Source: Eledone cirrhosa
Lineage: Eukaryota
Length of the DNA: 64,000 nt
Assembly (NCBI GenBank): GCA_964016885.1
Contig: OZ024743.1
Span: 106,764,001-106,828,000 of the forward strand
Direction: 5' to 3'
Of this stretch, positions 27,881 to 46,114 are shown in pieces. Made by a program: the position numbers and the translations under genes. The number at the start of each line of letters is the position of its first letter. The stretch's first letter is position 1. Under the pieces are notes generated by a model. The model worked only from the letters and a program-made list of their open reading frames with translations, did not search any database and had not been told where the DNA came from.

Positions 27881-28885
27881 TCAATGATTGCTTGTCAACA
27901 GGAGCAGTAAATACAAGATCGACTTGGCGTTGTTATAATTTAATAAAGTGTGTATTAAATGTGAATCGTGAGCAGAAAAAGTATAGATAACGCGACGAGC
28001 ATAACCGAGTAATACTGATCCCTTCACTGGAAGTATTATATAGTTTGCTACTTTCAATGATCAGAGAGTGATCTACTAATGATATGACAGATATGACAGA
28101 CAGTGCCATATTAAATTACATGTGTGGAGTAAATATATATATATATAATCTTACAGTAATTAGCTAAAATATTCTATTAATTTTGAAACCGCATTTTATA
28201 CGTCATTAATATTCATCTTAATGTACAAACGTGTTAAGCAATTCATTTAACGTATGTTCTAATTTCTGGGGCTCATGAGGCCGAAACTCACTCCGGTTTT
28301 GTCTGCGATAAGCGAATAAGAACTCAAGTCTCTCCAGTTCATCGCAAGTTAAATACCAGCTAATGCTGGTACTCATTTTCTGGAGCAATGCGAAATGAAG
28401 TGATAATGCATTTATGCATATATTATTTACCCTTTCATGCAGTATGGGATATTTGTCAGAGAGAATAAAAGGGTGATATATTATTTCATTAAATTATTCA
28501 TTCTCACCATTCTTTAAATCTGATAGGGGGTGCACATCATTCTGGAAAATGGTGAAACACTGGGAATTTATCTAACAACTAGCGCTGTTTAAGTAATTTT
28601 ATATTACATAGCAATGAGATCATCAAGAAACAAACATTTACTACTGTCACAGGCATTTAGGAAGATGTTGTCTATATATATATTGCGAAATTATCGTATA
28701 GTGTTTGGTAACAACCCTTTATCTTCTGAGTACATAACTCATCTAGGTTGACCATAACTTTCATCATTCCATGGGCATTAAATAAGTACAATTTATAAAC
28801 CACAACAGAAAACATAAATCAGTATATATAATTGTACAATTGTACATACACAGGCCTTATTATTCGGCATAGAAGTATATTTATA

Positions 28886-28916
<31 letters not shown>

Positions 28917-29245
28917 TCACAATGATGACTTTCTATTCAGGGATATATCTGAGCCTTGTCTGATTGACTGATGCTTATTCTTTTCATGGTAAAACAACAT
29001 GAAGCTTTTAGGTCAACAATGGGGGCAATATAATTAGCTTTTATAATACTGAGGCTGATTAAAAGAAATGTATGGTGGGTGCATCATTTGAATGTAAATA
29101 GGTGTTAACTGTATAAGCCAAAGAAAATTTACACACACATAAACACAATCATACACACATATGCAAACAGACACACACATGCAAACAGACACACACGCGA
29201 ACAGACATACACCGATAAAGATATATATAAATATGTGTGTGTGTG

Positions 29246-29282
<37 letters not shown>

Positions 29283-29362
29283 CGTGTGTGTGTGTGTGCG
29301 TGCGTGTGTGTGTGTGTGTGTGTGTTTGTGTACATACAAAATGAGCGACAGGGAGGTACGTA

Positions 29363-29428
<66 letters not shown>

Positions 29429-29477
29429 GTTAGCTTGCCCGCAACTAGGACTTCGATTATGCTGTACTACCTTCTTG

Positions 29478-29556
<79 letters not shown>

Positions 29557-30232
29557 GAATATAGATAGATATAGAAAGATAGATAGATAGATAGAGATGG
29601 AGGGAGAGGGGGGAAGACTGATGAAGAGATAGAGATAAGTAGCTAGATAAATAAATTGGTAATAATTTTCCTTTTATTTATAAGATGCTGGGAAACGTAT
29701 TCAAATAATTACATTCTGAAAGAAATTAATATATTTTTTCTGATCTTAGAAAATATAAGTAAATTATATAATTCAATAAAACTTATTATGCTTATTTTAG
29801 AGTTCCTTCTAATTAGAGTAAAATAGCGTACGTCAATGGTCATTAATAGCAAGTTATAAATTAGCCAGACTATGCAATTATATATTTATTACTTATTAGT
29901 TAGTCATTAGTGATTAATACTATAGTAGAACAGGTTTAAGGAGATCGATAAATATTACTAATATTAATAAGGAAGCAGATTTTTAGGATTTGTACTTCTC
30001 TGTCTTATTAAGTTTCTCTGAAAGAAACGGAATAGAGGTTTGGCAGAATCGGTAGACCGTTATACTCTTCTGGCACTTTATGTTATGAGTTCAGATCCCG
30101 CAGACGTAAATTTCTACTTTTTGGAGCCCTTCTCCCAAAATTGCTCGGTGTTTGCCTAAATTATTGATCATTTTTTTTTTTTGCCAAGGAAATATAAAAA
30201 AATATCAAATGCGTAAATATTCGTTCTCTATT

Positions 30233-30270
<38 letters not shown>

Positions 30271-30396
30271 GTAGGAGGTGAGTTTTATTGTAGTACAATA
30301 AAGCAATGCAGATATCGGATAAGAAGCACTCTACAGTTTGTGGGACTGGAGTATGCATAATATAAGATCAAAAGATGGTTAAAGGAGTTCCATATA

Positions 30397-30463
30397 TTTT
30401 ATTATGCGCATTTCAAAAACAAACATCATCAAACAATAATATTTGTGTTTTCATCAGATAAAA
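30397..30463 (-). ncRNA. Type I hammerhead ribozyme
   Basis: Reverse complement of 30569-30635. Confidence 0.8.
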
Positions 30464-30568
30464 CAGGAGAACATGATATGAAGGCTAAAAAACACTTGTT
30501 GATAGTGCAGTTGATTTAAAACTGCACTATCAACAAGTGTTTTTTAGCCTTCATATCATGTTCTCCTG

Positions 30569-30635
30569 TTTTATCTGATGAAAACACAAATATTATTGTT
30601 TGATGATGTTTGTTTTTGAAATGCGCATAATAAAA
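30569..30635 (+). ncRNA. Type I hammerhead ribozyme with long AU/GU stem II
   Basis: ttttat CTGATGA aaacacaaatattattgtttgatgatgtttgttttt GAAA tgcgca TA ataaaa. Stem I ttttat/ataaaa, palindromic stem III. Confidence 0.8.
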
Positions 30636-30851
30636 TATATGGAACTCCTTTAACCATCTTTTGATCTTATATTATATATATATATATATTGTTATACTTT
30701 GGGAGGGTTATGTTGCCAATAAGAAACACACGCACCAGTTGCTTTCACTTCAATTTATTATATATTTATAAATTTATAAATCTACAAATTTACAAACTTA
30801 TAAATTTCTGGTTGGTTGATTGGTTCCACAACCAGATAGTTGTTTATATAT

Positions 30852-30896
30852 AGTCATAGTCCTTTCGTCACACACTCTGTGACCTCTTCAGTGACT
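30852..30896 (-). ncRNA. Type I hammerhead ribozyme
   Basis: Reverse complement of 31934-31978. Confidence 0.75.
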
Positions 30897-31312
30897 GGGG
30901 ATTCCTTTCCTTTGTTTCTGAGCCTTTCCTTTCTTCTATCCTACGCCATTTTGTTTCTGTGTGTGTGTTGTGTGCTCAGTTTGCGCATGCGCCACATCCG
31001 GGTGTCTGTGTGTGTTTGTGTTCATTTATCTATTTGTTTATTTATTTTATTTATTTATTGTTGGTTGGTTGTTTGTTCTATGTGTGTGTGTGTTTTCATT
31101 TTGTCCTTAATTGTAAGTTGTGATGTTGCTGTTCCACTCATATTTTCTATTTAATTTTGGTTTTAATTCTTTTATGCTTACTGCCTCTGTAATTTGCCTA
31201 AACATTGCGTCTTTTCTGTGTGTGGATTCTATTTTTATTTCTATGTTCTCCAATCTACCCCTGTGTTCTATCTTAGCATGTTAGTAGAGCACACTGTAAA
31301 ACTAGAAATGTA

Positions 31313-31630
31313 ATGTATAGCATAAGATGTACAGAAGGACAATGTAGAAACAAAAATATAGTGTACATAGGTGAGACAGCTCGTAGTATAGGGGAACGAA
31401 TAAATGAACACTGGCGAGACCTCCAAGATAATAAAGAATCATCTGTGCTCTACCAACATGCTAAGATAGAACACAGGGGTAGATTAGAGAACATAGAAAT
31501 AAAAATAGAATCCACACACAGAAAAGACGCAATGTTTAGTCAAATTACAGAGGCAGTAAGCATAAAAGAATTAAAACCAAAATTAAATAGAAAATATGAG
31601 TGGAACAGCAGCATCACAACTTACAATTAA
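31313..31630 (+). CDS. PLE GIY-YIG endonuclease domain (truncated element; the ATG is internal to the original ORF)
   Basis: (CKTRNV)MYSIRCTEGQC...VYIGETARSIGERINEH...SVLYQH...QITEAVSIKELKPKLNRK.EW. Confidence 0.8.
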   Translation: MYSIRCTEGQCRNKNIVYIGETARSIGERINEHWRDLQDNKESSVLYQHAKIEHRGRLENIEIKIESTHRKDAMFSQITEAVSIKELKPKLNRKYEWNSSITTYN

Positions 31631-31933
31631 GGACAAAATGAAAACACACACAGGACAAAATGAAAACACACACATAGAACAAACAACTTACAATTAAGGA
31701 CAAAATGAAAACACACACAGGACAAAATGAAAACACACACACACATAGAACAAACAACCAACCAACAATAAATAAATAAATAAAATAAATAAACAAATAG
31801 ATAAATGAACACAAACACACACAGACACCCGGATGTGGCGCATGCGCAAACTGAGCACACAACACACACGCAGAAACAAAATGGCGTAGGATAGAAGAAA
31901 GGAAAGGCACAGAAACAAAGGAAAGGAATCCCC

Positions 31934-31978
31934 AGTCACTGAAGAGGTCACAGAGTGTGTGACGAAAGGACTATGACT
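31934..31978 (+). ncRNA. Type I hammerhead ribozyme
   Basis: agtca CTGAAGA g-gtcaca-gagtg-tgtgac GAAA ggac TA tgact. Stem I agtca/tgact, minimal stem III. Confidence 0.75.
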
Positions 31979-32198
31979 ATATATAAACAACTATCTGGTT
32001 GTGGAACCAACCAACCAACCAGAAATTTATAAGTTTGTAAATTTGTAGATTTATAAATTTATAAATATATAATAAATTGAAGTGAAAGCAACTGGTGCGT
32101 GTGTTTCTTATTGGCAACATGACCCTCCCAAAGTATAACAATATCGGTTTCAACACACGATTTCAGATAAAGAATCTTGCTAAACAAATTCAGAAACG

Positions 32199-32254
<56 letters not shown>

Positions 32255-32264
<10 letters not shown>

Positions 32265-32545
32265 GAGAATGTCGGTCTGTCTGTCTGTCTCCCTAAAACT
32301 CAAGAACCACCCAACCGATTTTTTTCAAACTTTACACATGTAATACTTATGGTCATGTGGGTGGTTTGAACAAAAGATATTTCGAATTCTCAATGTACTA
32401 GGGACCGCATTAGGCAAAAGGCATAACGGAAAATAATCCAGGCGATTTCTTTAAAATTTGCATTACTTATGTCGTTTAAAGTGTTTTGAGCAAAACAGAT
32501 TTTCTCATTTTTTTGCCCCAGGAACCGCATTGGGCTAAAACCGAT
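32255..32545 (+). mobile_element. Helitron-like 5' fragment
   Basis: tatataaaacagagaatgtcggtctgtctgtctgtc followed by a segment shared with 19851-19960. Confidence 0.6.
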
Positions 32546-32560
32546 TTATATATATATATA

Positions 32561-33305
32561 AATGGAAAAAATGAAACGAAATTTTATTTCTTACTCTTGG
32601 TAAGGCTGTTACTTAAATATAAGTATGTATACGTACATACATATATGTATACAGAAGTACAGTAGTATATATATATATACATACATGCACACACATATAT
32701 ATATGTACGTATGGATTTACGGAGCATGTATTATAATGCTCGGTTTGTTTGTAAACAAACATCACGAATTAAGCCGTACAGTGTTTGGCAACCATACGTC
32801 CATATATATGTGTGCATATATATGTGTGCATGTATGTATATATATACATACTACTGTAGTCTGTATACATATATGTATGTACGTATACATACTTATATTT
32901 AAGTAACAGCCGTACTAAGAGTGAGAAATAAAATTTCGTTTCATTTTTTTTCCACTTATCGTTTTCAGTGCGCCCGGCCGATTAACACACTCGATATGCA
33001 AATTAGGCTGCTCAGCCGTTAATATGCTTTCAGACATCCAATCATCTGGCAGGAAAGTATACTGTGCTGACGATAGCTAATAAGCTTGAAACTAGTACAT
33101 CGTTCGTTTGTCAGTGTTGAACAAAAGGGCAACGATGGTTGCTAAAAACTGTACGGCTTAATTCGGGATGTTTGTTTACAAACAAACCGAGCATTATCAT
33201 AAATGCTCGATAAATCCATACGTACATATATATATATGTGCATGTATGTATGTATATACATACTACTGTACGTCTGTATACATATATGTATGTACGTATA
33301 CATAC
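32561..33305. mobile_element. Second fold-back copy of the ~420-bp hammerhead unit
   Basis: Same sequence family as 6024-7027. The left arm is truncated at ~32793 and the right arm is ~1.2 units. Flanked by (TA)n. Confidence 0.85.
33061..33103 (+). ncRNA. Type I hammerhead ribozyme
   Basis: actgtg CTGACGA tagctaataagctt GAAA ctag TA catcgt. The core is identical to 6779 and stem I has one mismatch. Confidence 0.75.
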
Positions 33306-33321
33306 GTATATATATATATAT

Positions 33322-33703
33322 ATGAATGCATGCATACTATATTTGGCAATATACCGCAGGTTTAATTAAAACCATTTAGAAGACCATACGCTATCTGTGT
33401 TAACGTAGTGACTATGCCACTTACTTATTTTCGGCCAGAGAAGGGAGAGAATCTAACAGTATGTTTCACGCTGATTGGCGATTATCAGAGATACGCACAC
33501 CCCGCTTCCGCCGAAAATTATAGAAGCTGGATTCATACAGAATTCCAGTAACAATCAGGAGCTGATTATACAGAGCGATTGCCGATCCACCAAAAATTAG
33601 GTATTTGGATTGGTGCTCTGAAATAGCGATATATACATGAATGTATGTATAGTATATTTGGCAATATACCGCATGTTTAATTAAAAACGTTTAGAAGACC
33701 ATA
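33322..33703. repeat. 315-bp unit, 1.2 tandem copies between (TA)n
   Basis: atgaatg...tatatttggcaatataccgca...tagaagaccata occurs at 33322 and 33637. Diverged relative of 41168-41783 (opposite strand). Confidence 0.75.
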
Positions 33704-33733
33704 TGATATATATATATATATATACGTTTGCAG

Positions 33734-37269
<3,536 letters not shown>

Positions 37270-37616
37270 GTCTTATTAACAACTCGCTTTCCACTGATTG
37301 ACCTCGATGTCACGTGATTGATTCTTTTTGAATTTGCCACAGACGTAGAGGCAGTGATTTTCTCAATGGCTAGGATTTCAGTCCACGCTTCGCTATTTCC
37401 TATCCACTGAATTATTTTTTTAATAAGTTTCCAGAGTCCTCGCTATGCCTGGAAACTTACACGAAAAGAGACTTTCCTGACGACGGAATGCTTTTCGATA
37501 TGATCTTCGGAAAATATATTTACTCCATTCCAGAAACTAATTAGTTGAAAGTGATATTTTAGTAAGTAAGTCAATTTTATAATATTTTTATAATTTTATA
37601 ATTTTCTTATCTTACG

Positions 37617-37679
<63 letters not shown>

Positions 37680-38110
37680 TGCCCAGAATGAGCACGTGCT
37701 AATTATAGATACGATTAGCAGCTTATAGCAGCAACATATAATTTATCACTCCGATCCCAGGAAGAGCGATAAACCTGTTGATAAACTGAATCCTACGTTC
37801 GATCACCAATACCAGGAGCTTGCCTTTCAAGTAAGTCTGATATTTGATTTCGGATTCAAAGAAACACTTTGAACGACTGTCCGTTTAATTTGTCCAGGTG
37901 TACTGTTTCTCAACCTAATTAGTTCTATCGTTACTTTGGTATACATTGTGTGTTAGTTTAGCCTACCACAATGTTCGATTTGTCAAGCTATTTAAAAGTA
38001 TGTTATTACTTTAAGGACCTACCTTATCGAGTGCTTTGCTATCTCATCACTTAATATAAGTAGACTGAATTCACTTGCAAACCGCCAGAGATTCGATTTT
38101 ACGGATTTCC

Positions 38111-38777
<667 letters not shown>

Positions 38778-38903
38778 GTAGGAGGTGAGTTTTATTGTAG
38801 TACAATAAATCAATGCAGATATCGGATAAGAAGCACTCTACAGTTTGTGGGACTGGAGTATGCATAATATAAGATCAAAAGATGGTTAAAGGAGTTCAAT
38901 ATA

Positions 38904-38970
38904 TTTTATTATGCGCATTTCAAAAACAAACATCATCAAACAATAATATTTGTGTTTTCATCAGATAAAA
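38904..38970 (-). ncRNA. Type I hammerhead ribozyme
   Basis: Same sequence as 30397-30463. Confidence 0.8.
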
Positions 38971-39106
38971 CAGGAGAACATGATATGAAGGCTAAAAAAA
39001 CACTTGTTGATAGTGCAGTTTTAAATCAACATATAAATCAACATATGTTGATTTAAAACTGCACTATCAACAAGTGTTTTTTTAGCCTTCATATCATGTT
39101 CTCCTG

Positions 39107-39173
39107 TTTTATCTGATGAAAACACAAATATTATTGTTTGATGATGTTTGTTTTTGAAATGCGCATAATAAAA
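39107..39173 (+). ncRNA. Type I hammerhead ribozyme
   Basis: Same sequence as 30569-30635. Confidence 0.8.
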
Positions 39174-39226
39174 TATATTGAACTCCTTTAACCATCTTTT
39201 GATCTTATATTATATATATATATATG

Positions 39227-39395
<169 letters not shown>

Positions 39396-39870
39396 ATATA
39401 TATATGGGGGGGCGCGGCGTGTGTATATGTCCCTCTGAAACTAAAGATTGTGGAACAACCAATGGGGAAACGGACTTGGTGTTTAATATCTATGAATAAG
39501 TATTAGTAATTCTAACGCGTGTTTATAGTATAATATAACCAATGGAATCGTAATTTTTACACAGTTGATTACTTCAAATTGTCGTAGAATATAGTAATAC
39601 CGTCTTTTCGGAAAATTATTATTATTTGTGTGGGCGTATATGCGTATGTGTGGACACTTAGCTGTAGATTTGTGGCATTGCGTAGCTGTTTCGAGTAAAC
39701 CAATCATTGTAGTACGTTTACAATATTATTGGGGGAAATGTGTTTGAATTATCATTTGTGTCTTCCATTGTCCGTGGTTAATGGGGGTAAGTAAAGAGAG
39801 GATAATTGTTCATTGTTACTAAGAGAGATACTGAGGAAGAAAGAGAAAAGATTATCATTGGCCAGTGTTT

Positions 39871-39902
<32 letters not shown>

Positions 39903-39918
39903 CATTTATATATATACA

Positions 39919-39997
<79 letters not shown>

Positions 39998-40029
39998 TTT
40001 ATATATATATATATATATATATAAATATT

Positions 40030-41150
40030 TACACATACATAAAGTCACAGATATATATGTGGCAACCGTTCACGATGTGGCTCAATGAAGAATTAATAAA
40101 TTAAATAATCAGAGCAATATATCATAAATCATGTCCTTAGAATTATTAGATAAAATATATACCAATTCCTCTCCCAATTAGCATAATTAACCATATAAAA
40201 AATCAATTAGACCAGGCTATAAGAATGAAGGCTCCTATGAAGAAATATTTGATAAATAACCGAAAGCGGCCCCAATTAGGTATACATTTAAAGTTAGAAG
40301 AAACGTGTACGTACCGTAATTACATCTCTACCATGGTTTTGTTCGTATTTTGAGATATCCTATTAAGGATAAATCTCGAGTATCGAACTCATCAGGAGAC
40401 AAACTCAATAGGACAATTAATTTTCCAAAGCGATCGCGCCAGAAGTAGATTAAAAACATGGCTAAGAATCGTGACGTGGCAGTGGTCAAGTTAGAAAGAA
40501 TGTGATTAGTTGCTTTCGGCGAGTAGGCTGGTTGCTAGAGAGCGCGGCCCAATATCGCCCAATTGCATCTCAACCCAACGGGAGATTATTTAATATAAAG
40601 ATTTATATATACATAAAGTCGCAGATATATATGTGGCAACTGTTCACGATGTGGCTCAATGAAGAATTAATAAATTAAATAATCAGAGCAATATATCATA
40701 AATCATGTCCTTAGAATTATTAGATAAAATATATACCATTTCCTCTCCCAATTAGCATAATTAACCATATAAAAAATCAATTAGACCAGGCTATAAGAAT
40801 AAAGGCTCCTATGAAGAAATATTTGATAAATAACCGAAAGCGGCCTCTTCGCGGTTGACCACAATAGAATATTTACGCAACATTTCAACAACTTTAAATA
40901 TATACCTAATTGTGTATGGTTGACGGTATATTTAGTCATTTTCTACATGCTGTTGATAGGTTGGGTAAATGCTCTATTGTGGTCAACCGCGAAGAGGCAG
41001 CTTTCGGTTATTAATCAAATATTTCTTCATAGGAGCCTTTATTCTTATAGCCTGGTCTGAACTGCTTTTTTATATGGTTAATTATGCTAATTGGGAGGTT
41101 AAATGGGATATATTTTATCTAATAATTCTAAGGACATGATTTATGATATA
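40030..41150. mobile_element. Terminally redundant non-coding unit (574-bp spacing) plus inverted arm, in (TA)n
   Basis: 40037-40270 repeats at 40611-40844. 40890-41150 is an inverted copy. Confidence 0.85.
40324..40400 (-). ncRNA. Hammerhead ribozyme with G12->A core change (probably inactive copy)
   Basis: Minus strand: gtctc CTGATGA gttcg...gagat..atcc..ggat atctc...cgaac AAAA ccatgg TA gagat. All three stems pair, but GAAA reads AAAA. Confidence 0.7.
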
Positions 41151-41167
41151 TATATATATATATATAA

Positions 41168-41778
41168 TCGGTATTTCAGAGCGCCAATTCTAGTTTTCAA
41201 TTTCTGCTTGACCGTTCTGTATAATCAGTTCCTAATTATTACTAGAAATTCTATAAGAATCAAACATTCATGATTTTACAGCAAACAGGTGGAGTATTTC
41301 GCTTTGATAAGTACCAATCAGTCCGAAACATAGCTCTATCAGCTTTATCTACCCTGTTTGCTGAAAATTTAAAGTAAGTGAGACTGTCACTACACTAAAA
41401 CAATAGCATAAGGTCTTCGAAATGCTTTTAATTAAGCATACAGTGTATTGCAAAATACACTATATATACATTCATATATATATCGCTATTTCAGAGCGCC
41501 AATTCTAATTTTCAATTTCTGCTTGACCGGCAACCACTCTGTATAATCAGTTCCTGATTATTAGTAGAAATTCTATAAGAATCAAACATCCATGATTTTC
41601 AGCAAACAGGTGGAGTACGTGGCTTTGATAAATACCAATCAGTACGAAACATAGCTCTGTCAGCTTTATCTCCCCTGTTTGCTGAAAATTTAAAGTAAGT
41701 GAGACTGTCACCACTCTAGCATAAGAGCATAAGGTCTTCGAAATGTTTTTAATTAAGCATACAGTGTATTGCAAAATA

Positions 41779-41783
<5 letters not shown>
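41168..41783. repeat. Tandem dimer of a 315-bp unit between (TA)n
   Basis: tcg(g/c)tatttcagagcgccaattcta occurs at 41168 and 41483. Same family as 33322-33703. Confidence 0.9.
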
Positions 41784-41834
<51 letters not shown>

Positions 41835-41835
41835 T

Positions 41836-41878
<43 letters not shown>

Positions 41879-43550
41879 CAGAGGGTTGTAGTTTCCTTGA
41901 ATCATTGTTGACTAGGAAATAGAAATTTAAATAATCATAAAAGACATGCAAAGCATTAGAAATTTAAAAGTGCCAAGATAACGATAGAATCTTACCTTAG
42001 CAAATTTAATTATCCCAGATAATCTCGGGTTTAAAAACCCATTATAAAGTGAGTATCCCTAAGAAGGTCTCGTTGTTGGTAGCAACGCACATTTAATTTA
42101 ATAGATAGATATATGGACAAAGCAAACAGAAATAACAAACTAAACGCGATCGTAGGAATATATATATATGATCTTCCCTCAGTTTCGACGTTGAAAATCC
42201 ATTTGTTTTATGAAGTGTATGTAAAACTTCAGTAGTAACCTGTAAATATACACGAGTAACCTTAAAGTATTTCCCATGCAGAATCAGTCCGACACAATAT
42301 AACTGACCTTTTTTGCATTACAACTACAATATACATTGTAATACATTTGGCGTGTCATCTTGGCAAAACACACATACGCATAGACTCACATACACGCACA
42401 CCCACAATACACTGACTTATACATACACACACAAAGCAGGTGAGTTTAACTTCTGGCTTATTTTTAGTCATGTAACTCATCCTGTACCAGAGTGGTTATT
42501 TAATTGACAGATTTGATTTCCAAATCTCTTTCTTCAAAATTACTGTAACACTCTGAATGATTATACTTGCAGCCCTGTTTCCTCTTTGGTTTGATCTTTC
42601 CTGTTTACTTCATTTTTTATTTCAAAACGTAACACACGCACACACACGCGCGCGCGTACACATTACACACATACACACACGCGCGCACACATACACACAC
42701 ACGCGCGCACACACACACGCACATCACGGGATCCAGCAATTTTCACCTACAATGTTGCTCTCGCAAAACATATATCAATTCGCGTCTATATTTGGGTATC
42801 TGTAAGTTTTTTTTATACTCCTGCCTACATATAGCTACTACATCTTGTATGTGTGACTTGTAATGCCTGTATGTCCTTACAAACTATTTTCCTTTGGTTA
42901 ATATAAAGTGTTTTAGATTTCGATAGAAAATATCACATTGACATTTCATTACATCCATATTTTGAATGGAAGCTTCATATCAAAATCTGGCTCATTAGGT
43001 TATTTCGCAAAGAACTTTCTGTGGAAATGAATTGGTCAAGCTATCCGGTCCGAAGGAAGCTTCCCCCGATTGACTTGAAAGACTTAACAATATTGAAGGC
43101 ATTTTCTGTTTCTCCATTGATTAAATGATAACAGACTTTCCAAGTAACTGTATTTTCCATAGAGCTAACCTATGAGATTTAAAAGTGAAAAATGTTTTGC
43201 ATTTACACAATTATGTTACCACGTTGTTGTAGCCAGTGTTCGTAAATTGCTTAAAATAGCAATCTTTTCGCAACATCGCTTTTCAGAATTCCTCAGACTA
43301 GTCACATACTGTTATTTTATAATTAATTAGTCATTGTATCTTGGCTGGTTAGATATTCTATGAATTTTAGTCGTTTATTTTTTTTATCTATTTTTCCTCG
43401 TCGGAGGCACCCAGCAGCTGATATCTTATACCCATTGTCATTTTCTCTCACATAGCAAAGCAGAACAAAGCAAAAATAACAATAACGGAAAAGTATTTTA
43501 TAAGGTAAAAAACGACAAACTTTGATGAAAGTAATATACATATGTGTGGC

Positions 43551-43631
<81 letters not shown>

Positions 43632-43948
43632 CCGTGTGTCTGGGTCTTAGTATATGTGTGTGTTTGTGTCTGTGTGTATGTGTGTATGTGTGTGTGTGTG
43701 TGTGTGTATGTGTATATGTGTGTGTGTGTGTGGGGGTGGGTGTGTGTGTGGGTGTAAATATGTTTTTTAAAAAACGTAAATCAATACGTATTGCATCTGC
43801 AAATCTAATCAGAAGTCCGGTTTTAGATGGAAGCCAAACTGATCAACAAAATTATAGATTGCAGATCAAAAGGTGTTTTGGTGATAAGAGATAATAGTAA
43901 TTATGTTCATATAATGTAGCAAACAACTATCAACAACAATCACCAAAC

Positions 43949-44020
<72 letters not shown>
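43551..44020. repeat. (GT)n and (AAT)n microsatellites
   Basis: Direct reading: (GT)n at 43551-43755 and (AAT)n at 43949-44020. Confidence 0.95.
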
Positions 44021-44287
44021 TGTGATGCTGTGGCGGTAGTAGTCGTAGTAAATGAAAACCCGTATCATTAACGCTGTAACAATATTGTCAATATCATCAT
44101 CATCCGCATCGTCACCTTTACCATCTTTACGCGAACAGTCTACATCAATGATGGGAATAGCGTTCTCCTATAATATGCAAAAATAACTATACTATAATGG
44201 CTACAGAATTAAAAATACCTCCATAAATACAAAGGGTTGAACGTAACTGAAATAATAATACTAATTATAATAATGATAAAAATGATT

Positions 44288-44550
44288 TCTTTATTGGCCA
44301 CAAGGGCTGACATCAAGAAAATCATTACAGACGGCACAGGACGGTACAGGACGGTACGATGTGGGTTTTGTGCGTGTAAAGATGTTTATTATTTATATAA
44401 GAAACGAAAAAGAAAAAAGACATAGAAGCATATATAAACAATAAAAATGAAAATTGAAACAATGAAAAATTATCCAATAGGGGGTTAGTCGTGGAGAGAA
44501 CCACACAAAAGACCGCGGCCACCCTGAACACCAAGTCAAGCGCCCTCTCT
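44288..44550 (-). mobile_element. Tx1/L1-like LINE 3' end fragment
   Basis: tttattggccacaagggc...aattatccaataggggg resembles the 3' UTR of the LINE at 60598-60745. Confidence 0.55.
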
Positions 44551-44561
44551 CAATTTTTCCA

Positions 44562-44997
<436 letters not shown>

Positions 44998-46114
44998 TGC
45001 CAGATGAGCAATGAATGCGGGGACATTAGAGAGACAGGTTAATAAAGACAAGATAATCAATACATGTGTTCAGTGTGCAGACTAAAAATATGTAAGAGCA
45101 ATTACAAAACGATAAACAGTAAAACATTAACAACAACATCATCAACAACACTTACAAGAAGATCAATAACAACAACAGCATCAACAACAGCAGCAGAAAC
45201 ATCTACAATAAAAAAAACAACAACGATGACTACATCATTCAGAACAAAGTCGAGAATAACTTCAGTGATATGCCAAAACAAACACATTTTCAGAAAAAAC
45301 AACAACGAAATAAAATACCCAACAAAAATACTAAACAAACATTTGCGTTAGGAACAAAAATCAAATAATGCAAGTGCAGTATTATCATTATCAACATTAT
45401 CATTATTCTTGTCGTCATTATTATCCTCGTTTTTGTAAATATCATGAACATTATCAACATTAGGAACATCATCATCAACACTCACAAATAAGTCACCGAG
45501 TATGCATCAACAGAGCCATTGGAACTCCCTGAAATAGCAACCAAATGTCTTTCAAACCAAACTTTTGCAAAAGATGTGATATGTAACGTGGCCTCATGTT
45601 CTCTACTCATGTTCTCAACGAAAATACGGAATGATACGCATGGAATGCATTTACTGACTGGCCTGCTCGATAAAAGTTAACCTTGGGATAAATAACAATA
45701 ACAACAATATAATATCGTTATTATACTTGAAATGACCGCTTCAATCACCACCCACACCAGCATCACTAACAACAACAGCTTTAGCTTCATTTCCGTCAGG
45801 AAAAACAACGTCAAAAACGACAGTCATGGCATTAATGATTTCTAATTGAGGTACACTATGGATATAAGCCCAAGGTATTGACACACGGAAATATAATCCT
45901 AGATTAGCAGTAGCACAAACATGGCATGGTAGAGAATGAAGGCTTATATAAAACAATATTCATTATGTTATGACAAAAATATACGAGTCTCATGTATATT
46001 CATCATATACAAACATAATGGATATTTGTTCATATAAACCACTACTCGTGTGGCGTATGTTAGTTCTACTGCAGATTAAGACTATCATGTTACCATTGCA
46101 CTACATAGAGTCAT

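Larger units (their letters stand above)
30268..30675. mobile_element. Non-coding hammerhead fold-back element in (TA)n (copy 1)
   Basis: Essentially perfect palindrome 30357-30675 with a ~90-bp left extension. A near-identical copy lies at 38775-39213. Confidence 0.9.
30689..32200. mobile_element. 5'-truncated Penelope-like element with inverted duplication (head-to-head)
   Basis: 30689-31292 is the reverse complement of ~31445-32142. The right arm has the GIY-YIG ORF, an internal tandem duplication (31617-31745), a hammerhead, and a tail to (TA)n at 32201. Confidence 0.9.

Noticed and set aside
38015-38060. Minus-strand gtgatgag...ctcgata hairpin resembling a hammerhead
   Set aside because: Both core boxes are mutated and there is no stem I.
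42400-43050. Splice-like signals (cag|gtgagt at ~42438, ct|gtaagt at ~42801, ttttag| at ~42916) and a similar pair at 48640-48696
   Set aside because: No recognisable coding frame or consistent exon chain. Such motifs occur by chance, and transcript data are needed.
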